UHGV virus genome: UHGV-0059920
DNA: 20,854 bases
Strand: one strand, 5' to 3'
DNA from: a virus
In this document: positions 16,680 to 20,854 of the stretch, one piece after another
How positions within the stretch are numbered: the first letter of the stretch is position 1
Layout of the letters: each line of letters begins with the position of its first letter
Notes under the pieces: model-generated
Seen by the model: only the letters and a program-made list of their open reading frames with translations
The model's database searches: none
Told to the model about the DNA's origin: nothing
Made by a program: the position numbers and the translations under genes

Positions 16680-17500
16680 TACGCAATCTCCAGTTCGAGC
16701 TGTGAAGGCTGCAAACCATTCGACAGCCAATCAGAAACTGAAGGTGGGCGAACAGCTTCAATTGCACCTTTTAAAATTGCGCAACGGTTTTTCAGAATGA
16801 CAGCTTTCAGCTCCTTTTCCGTCAGATTGCGCGAATACTCAGCCTCCTGAATAGCCCGCGTCAGCTCAGGATATTTGCTATTAAATTTGGGGACATTGCA
16901 GGCAAGATTTGTACTGTCGGCAGTCGCCAGTGGGTAATTTCCCAACACACGACCGTCAAGCATGCGCAAACCATGAACAGCTGTTTTGAAATTGTGTCGG
17001 CAATAAATTGCTTCAAAAGCGTCCTGCATACGACGATGCCAGTGCGCAGTTCTGATAGCCGCATATTCACCAGACGATCCAAAGCAGACACGAGGCCATT
17101 CACGACATAGCTCGATAAGCCGATCGATTGACTCGTGCAGATGCCAGACGGGAGTTGCCTTCCCGTAGAACATTTTCGGAACTTCGTTTATCAGGGCATC
17201 ATTGTCACGTTCACCTCCGTCCACAACATCAGGAATGACAAAAAAAGCGACCTTAGGATGGTGGTAATAGTTCAGGAGCCATTTATAAAAATCACTCCAG
17301 TTAATTTTTAGCCCACGCACCCATGCAGAAAATGCGCCGTTATCAATGCCGACGACCTGAGCGTGCTGAATGGACGCCGCAATCTGATCTGGTCGTACAT
17401 AGGAGACGAAAGCGCCAGCTCCGCTCACCGCAATACGATGAACGTCGCCAGCACTTCCCCAGACAGGCGTCCCATGGAAATGATGAATTCCGTGGTGCAT
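16679..17500 (-). CDS. Hypothetical protein of about 273 aa, translationally coupled between dam and A
   Basis: ATG at 17500, 5 nt after the Dam stop; its own stop overlaps the A start. No motif I can assign by eye. Confidence 0.6.
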   Translation of the reverse strand: MHHGIHHFHGTPVWGSAGDVHRIAVSGAGAFVSYVRPDQIAASIQHAQVVGIDNGAFSAWVRGLKINWSDFYKWLLNYYHHPKVAFFVIPDVVDGGERDNDALINEVPKMFYGKATPVWHLHESIDRLIELCREWPRVCFGSSGEYAAIRTAHWHRRMQDAFEAIYCRHNFKTAVHGLRMLDGRVLGNYPLATADSTNLACNVPKFNSKYPELTRAIQEAEYSRNLTEKELKAVILKNRCAILKGAIEAVRPPSVSDWLSNGLQPSQLELEIA

Positions 17501-17505
17501 TTCTT

Positions 17506-18360
17506 TCACACTTGCACCCCGAAAATAACAGTAGAGTCACGTCCCCTACTAAAATCGGCACTAAACCAATTAGCAGATTTAGTGGCAATCATCTCTGTTG
17601 CAAATTTTCCCTCCCCCGCTGCAACGCCGATGCTGCGTTTCGCCCTGATGTAGTGGTGAGTGAAATTACGATAAAGGGACCGGGTCAAAGACGTGTTACT
17701 GTTAGAAACAATGACCGGATGTCCTTCTGATGACCGATGTTCAAGAATGGATGCCAGGTGATACTGATCATCTTCAGTGAAACCATCAGTGTGATAGCCG
17801 GAAAACGTACCGTCATAAGGCGGATCGCAATACACCACATCCCCCACCTTCAACATCGCCAGCGTTTCATCAAAGCTGGCGCAGATAAACGTTGCCCGCT
17901 GGGCTTTCTCTGCAAATGCGCGAATTTCTTTTTCAGGGAAATACGGATTTTTATAATTACCGTAGGGAATGTTGAAATGCCCGCTCTTGTTATAGCGACA
18001 TAAACCACGGTAACCGTGACGATTGAGATACAGGAAATATACCGCTTTCATGAAATCAGTAATTTCAGTGGAGTAATTAAACTCCTGCCTTATGTTGTAA
18101 TAAGCCACCTCCCTGTTTGCTTCCTCAAATAAAGCTCTGGCACGAGATATAAACGCCTCACAATCAGCAGCAACCTTTTTATAGAGGTTGATTAAATCAG
18201 GATTAATATCCGCAACAAGATAGCTGGGGTAATCCGTCTCCATCATCACTGCACAGGAACCCGCGAAAGGTTCAACCAGTCGCGGGCCAGCAGGAAGATG
18301 CTTTTTCAGTTCGGACATTATGGCGGTTTTATTTCCTGCCCATTTCAGGATGGTGCTCAT
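17506..18360 (-). CDS. dam: DNA adenine methyltransferase, Dam-like
   Basis: Motifs KWAGNK, EPFAGS and DPPY; ATG at 18360 with GGAGGTG upstream (the ORF-track start at 18420 is a TTG). Confidence 0.85.
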   Translation of the reverse strand: MSTILKWAGNKTAIMSELKKHLPAGPRLVEPFAGSCAVMMETDYPSYLVADINPDLINLYKKVAADCEAFISRARALFEEANREVAYYNIRQEFNYSTEITDFMKAVYFLYLNRHGYRGLCRYNKSGHFNIPYGNYKNPYFPEKEIRAFAEKAQRATFICASFDETLAMLKVGDVVYCDPPYDGTFSGYHTDGFTEDDQYHLASILEHRSSEGHPVIVSNSNTSLTRSLYRNFTHHYIRAKRSIGVAAGEGKFATEMIATKSANWFSADFSRGRDSTVIFGVQV

Positions 18361-18584
18361 ACAGCACCTCCGTTGTAATGTTTGCCTTTCAGCTCTGCGA
18401 TTTCCTGACAGGTAATGCAAAGCTGCACACCCGGAATGGCACGGCGGCGTGCTGGCGGAATTGGCGCTTCACACTCAACGCAAAGCACGCGGGACACGCC
18501 CGGCGTTTTGGCACGGGCAGCACGGATATGGCGTTGGCGTTCTTCTTCAACGCGCTGCTGTACGAGATCCATTGCATCAGCCAT
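18357..18584 (-). CDS. TraR/DksA-family C4 zinc-finger protein
   Basis: 75 aa with CVECEAPIP...CITCQ (CxxC...CxxC); AGGAGA RBS; sits where P2 has small early ORFs between B and A. Confidence 0.75.
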   Translation of the reverse strand: MADAMDLVQQRVEEERQRHIRAARAKTPGVSRVLCVECEAPIPPARRRAIPGVQLCITCQEIAELKGKHYNGGAV

Positions 18585-18817
18585 CAGTGGATCTCCTGCG
18601 CTTCGTTCTGGATTGCTTCAGCAGTCACACGCAGCAGTTCTGCCGCTTCGACGTGGTTTAGCTGGCGGGAGGTGATATGACACGCCAGGCTATCGAGGCG
18701 AGCAGCCATTGCTTCAGCCCTTGCCCGGCGTTCTTCCAGACGAGCCTCTGTCAGTAAAAGATTAAGACCTGCATCATCCGGTCCGGTTTTGGTCGTGAGG
18801 GTTTCAATATTACGCAT
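18584..18817 (-). CDS. Small hypothetical early protein
   Basis: ATG at 18817 with AGGAG upstream (the ORF-track start at 18823 is a TTG); its stop overlaps the next start. Confidence 0.55.
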   Translation of the reverse strand: MRNIETLTTKTGPDDAGLNLLLTEARLEERRARAEAMAARLDSLACHITSRQLNHVEAAELLRVTAEAIQNEAQEIH

Positions 18818-18884
18818 AAGCAATTCTCCTGAATTTAGATAAAGGGATGCCCGGCGGGTTTACGCCATTAATTTCATTAGTTGG

Positions 18885-19226
18885 TTAATTCGGCATGGTT
18901 AGCCGTCTGGGAAATAAGCTCACCACTGCACGAAAATGATTCATTGCTTTAATCAACTCCCGCTTTTCGTCAGTGGTCAGCTCATTAATGCTGATGCTAT
19001 GACGTTCAGCTGGAATTTTTGCCATAAAGAATATGGCAGCCAGTGCCCGTTTATTTTGTTCATTATTGATATCCCGAGGATCACGCATATCTTTAATAAA
19101 CCGCTCAAGCTCTGACTCAATATTCAAACCAAAAACTTTCGCCCTTAACTCCGCAATATGATTAAGTCCATTCAGGCGTTCACCGGGTCTTAATGGAACA
19201 GTCGCCGCAGCGCCTTCAATAGCCAT
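18885..19226 (-). CDS. Hypothetical early protein (113 aa)
   Basis: ATG at 19226; overlaps the upstream ORF by 37 nt, so the start or reality of one of the pair is uncertain. Confidence 0.5.
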   Translation of the reverse strand: MAIEGAAATVPLRPGERLNGLNHIAELRAKVFGLNIESELERFIKDMRDPRDINNEQNKRALAAIFFMAKIPAERHSISINELTTDEKRELIKAMNHFRAVVSLFPRRLTMPN

Positions 19227-19390
19227 TTGTTCCCCCGTTTTTTCGTAGATAGTTCTGCCAGCAATTCATCTTGTGAACGGCACGGATGCCAGCGTTTACC
19301 ATCCTCACCCATGATCCAGCCGTGACCGTAGTGCATTGCCGGACTTTGTTTTACCAGCAGCGATGCAAATGATGGTTCTTTCGTCAGCAT
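19190..19390 (-). CDS. Small hypothetical early protein (about 66 aa)
   Basis: ATG at 19390 with GAGGTG upstream, immediately after the B stop. Confidence 0.45.
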   Translation of the reverse strand: MLTKEPSFASLLVKQSPAMHYGHGWIMGEDGKRWHPCRSQDELLAELSTKKRGNKWLLKALRRLFH

Positions 19391-19397
19391 AAGCACC

Positions 19398-19907
19398 TCA
19401 CAGCAAACCGAATGAAGCACCGAGGCCAGTCACGGTATCAACTGCACTCGCCATCGCAGGATTAGCCTGTAAACGGGCCTGCAATGAAACAGCGGCCAGC
19501 GCCATCAGTCGTGTTACAGAGTTAATGCTGCTGATAGCATCACGACGACCTGCACTGGTTTTTACATCGCCAGATACCGCACCTGCAGCAACACGCCCGA
19601 TCTCTGCGGTTGCACTCATGACATAATGCGGCAGTTTCTCTTTTGCCACCTCATTAATCGGTACACATGGCAGGCAGTGAATCTGTGCCAGAAAGCCATC
19701 TACCAGCGTTGAATCTTCAGTCAGATCGGTAAGCAACCAGATTTCTGGTGCGGTTAATAAATGAGGTTGAGCTGGGTTCAGCTTGTTCCGCAGAATCTGT
19801 ACATTCATGCCTGCACGTTCTGCCAGTCGCACCAGGTTGTGGCGCAGTGCGAATGCACGACAGGCTTCGTCAAAATGTGGATGTTTGGAAACTTGATAAT
19901 CAAACAT
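19398..19907 (-). CDS. B: Replication protein B-like
   Basis: 169 aa, first large gene after the Cox/Apl-like gene in the early operon; P2 B has similar size and position. Assigned by synteny. Confidence 0.6.
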   Translation of the reverse strand: MFDYQVSKHPHFDEACRAFALRHNLVRLAERAGMNVQILRNKLNPAQPHLLTAPEIWLLTDLTEDSTLVDGFLAQIHCLPCVPINEVAKEKLPHYVMSATAEIGRVAAGAVSGDVKTSAGRRDAISSINSVTRLMALAAVSLQARLQANPAMASAVDTVTGLGASFGLL

Positions 19908-19939
19908 AGTCAGCCCCTTCCCTTTATTTCAAAATCGAA

Positions 19940-20161
19940 TCAATTGATTACGACATTGGAATCGGCAAGCGCATCCACTGTCATGGCTGCAATGTTGATC
20001 ATTACCTTTTCACGTTTTTTATCCTTGCGAAGACGATGCCGCTTAAGGCGTCCATCTGCGAGCATACTGTTGATAGTGTCTACAGATAACCCTGTGAGTT
20101 CACTGTACTTTTCAACCGAAATGGATGGGACAGCTAATGTGATTGAAATGTGCTGAGTCAT
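19940..20161 (-). CDS. Cox/Apl-like small helix-turn-helix protein (lytic-side switch regulator/excisionase)
   Basis: 73 aa, first gene of the early leftward operon, divergent from the repressor; HTH-like segment VEKYSELTGLSVDTINSMLADGRL. Confidence 0.65.
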   Translation of the reverse strand: MTQHISITLAVPSISVEKYSELTGLSVDTINSMLADGRLKRHRLRKDKKREKVMINIAAMTVDALADSNVVIN

Positions 20162-20233
20162 AAGGCAACATCTCCTGTTTAAGTGTGTTTAACATTGACG
20201 AGTAGTTGTAAGTCACATTTTGAAATCAATGCG

Positions 20234-20262
20234 ACTATAAGATCACAAATTGAAATCGTCAA
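20234..20262 (-). promoter_or_regulatory. Early lytic promoter (Pe/pR-like) for the Cox/Apl-B-A operon
   Basis: Minus strand TTGACG-17 nt-TATAGT (-35 at 20257-20262, -10 at 20234-20239) in the repressor/Cox intergenic region. Confidence 0.55.
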
Positions 20263-20287
20263 CCATAAAGTTCACAAGGTGAAATCG

Positions 20288-20854
20288 ATGGATTTTAGTC
20301 AAGGTGGAAAGAAAGCTATCGAAAGGATGGTTGAAGCCTATGGGTTCACTACAAGACAGGCGTTATGTGAACAACTAGGCATATCAAAAAGCAGTCTTGC
20401 TACACGCTACATGAGAGATTCATTCCCTTCTGATTGGGTTATTCAGTGCGCGCTCGAAACAGGAGTAAACATAAAGTGGCTGGTAACAGGCTTACCTCCT
20501 AAACATGAATATTTAACGTCTGACATCATCAATATTCAAAAAATAAAATTGATTGATGGAGTGCTATTGGATGCAGGAACACTAATGTTTGACAAAGTGT
20601 TCATTCCTGATGGTTTATCATCACCATCTGTGATATCAAACGGGAATAACTCTTATTTTATTGAGAGGGATTTCACAGATGTAGTTGATGGTGATTGGTT
20701 AATCTCCATTGATGGAAAGCATTCTATAAAACAAGTTATTAGAATTCCTGATAATAAAGTTAAGATTAACTATGGGAATATCATTGTTGATATGAACATT
20801 AATGACCTTGTATTCATCGGCAAAGTTATAGCAGAATTCAAGATAAGAGGCTAA
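20288..20854 (+). CDS. cI: CI-type immunity repressor (186-like, no obvious LexA-like autocleavage motif)
   Basis: Start refined to ATG at 20288 with AAGGTG upstream; about 188 aa. Segments EAYGF and CALETGVNIKWLVTG resemble 186 CI as recalled; no S24 peptidase motif seen. Ends with TAA at the window edge. Confidence 0.78.
   Translation: MDFSQGGKKAIERMVEAYGFTTRQALCEQLGISKSSLATRYMRDSFPSDWVIQCALETGVNIKWLVTGLPPKHEYLTSDIINIQKIKLIDGVLLDAGTLMFDKVFIPDGLSSPSVISNGNNSYFIERDFTDVVDGDWLISIDGKHSIKQVIRIPDNKVKINYGNIIVDMNINDLVFIGKVIAEFKIRG

Noticed and set aside
16679-17500. Naming the Dam-coupled 273-aa protein as a specific enzyme (a transglycosylase-like DNA-modification enzyme was considered)
   Set aside because: I could not find diagnostic motifs by eye; a specific name would be guesswork without a profile or structure search.
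18885-19390. Possible single longer gene or programmed frameshift across the overlapping small ORFs 18885..19226 and 19190..19390
   Set aside because: The 37-nt overlap is in different frames with no slippery heptamer that I can see. More likely two small early genes with an imprecise start on one of them.
1-20854. Search for tRNA/rRNA genes, CRISPR arrays, IS elements or transposases, integrase and attachment site
   Set aside because: No regularly spaced direct repeats, no tRNA-like sequences I could recognise, and no transposase- or integrase-like ORF. The integrase and att are expected beyond the repressor gene, outside the window.

Overview
This window reads as most of a P2-like (Peduovirus-type) prophage of an enterobacterium, oriented opposite to the canonical P2 map. 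All calls rest on reading the supplied ORF translations and the sequence by eye; no database search was run. From left to right: the 5' part of tail fibre gene H (minus strand, running off the window start), baseplate genes I-J-W-V, tail completion genes S and R, a full lysis cassette (LysC and LysB spanins, LysA, SAR endolysin, holin), tail protein X, and the head module L-M-N-O on the minus strand. The divergent terminase ATPase P and portal Q genes follow on the plus strand. After Q comes a visibly AT-rich cargo island around a cos-like site, carrying a 97-aa orphan ORF and a 239-aa HNH-nuclease-domain protein. Then come a LexA-box-controlled small ORF plus DinI-like gene, replication initiator A, a Dam methyltransferase with a translationally coupled unknown partner, small early genes, B, a Cox/Apl-like gene and a 186-type CI repressor with its switch region. 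Integrase and att lie outside the window. The most interesting region is the cos-flanking cargo island (about 12.2-13.7 kb), which sits where P2 carries old/tin and is the best candidate for an undescribed anti-phage or superinfection-exclusion function. No tRNA, rRNA, CRISPR array or transposase was seen.
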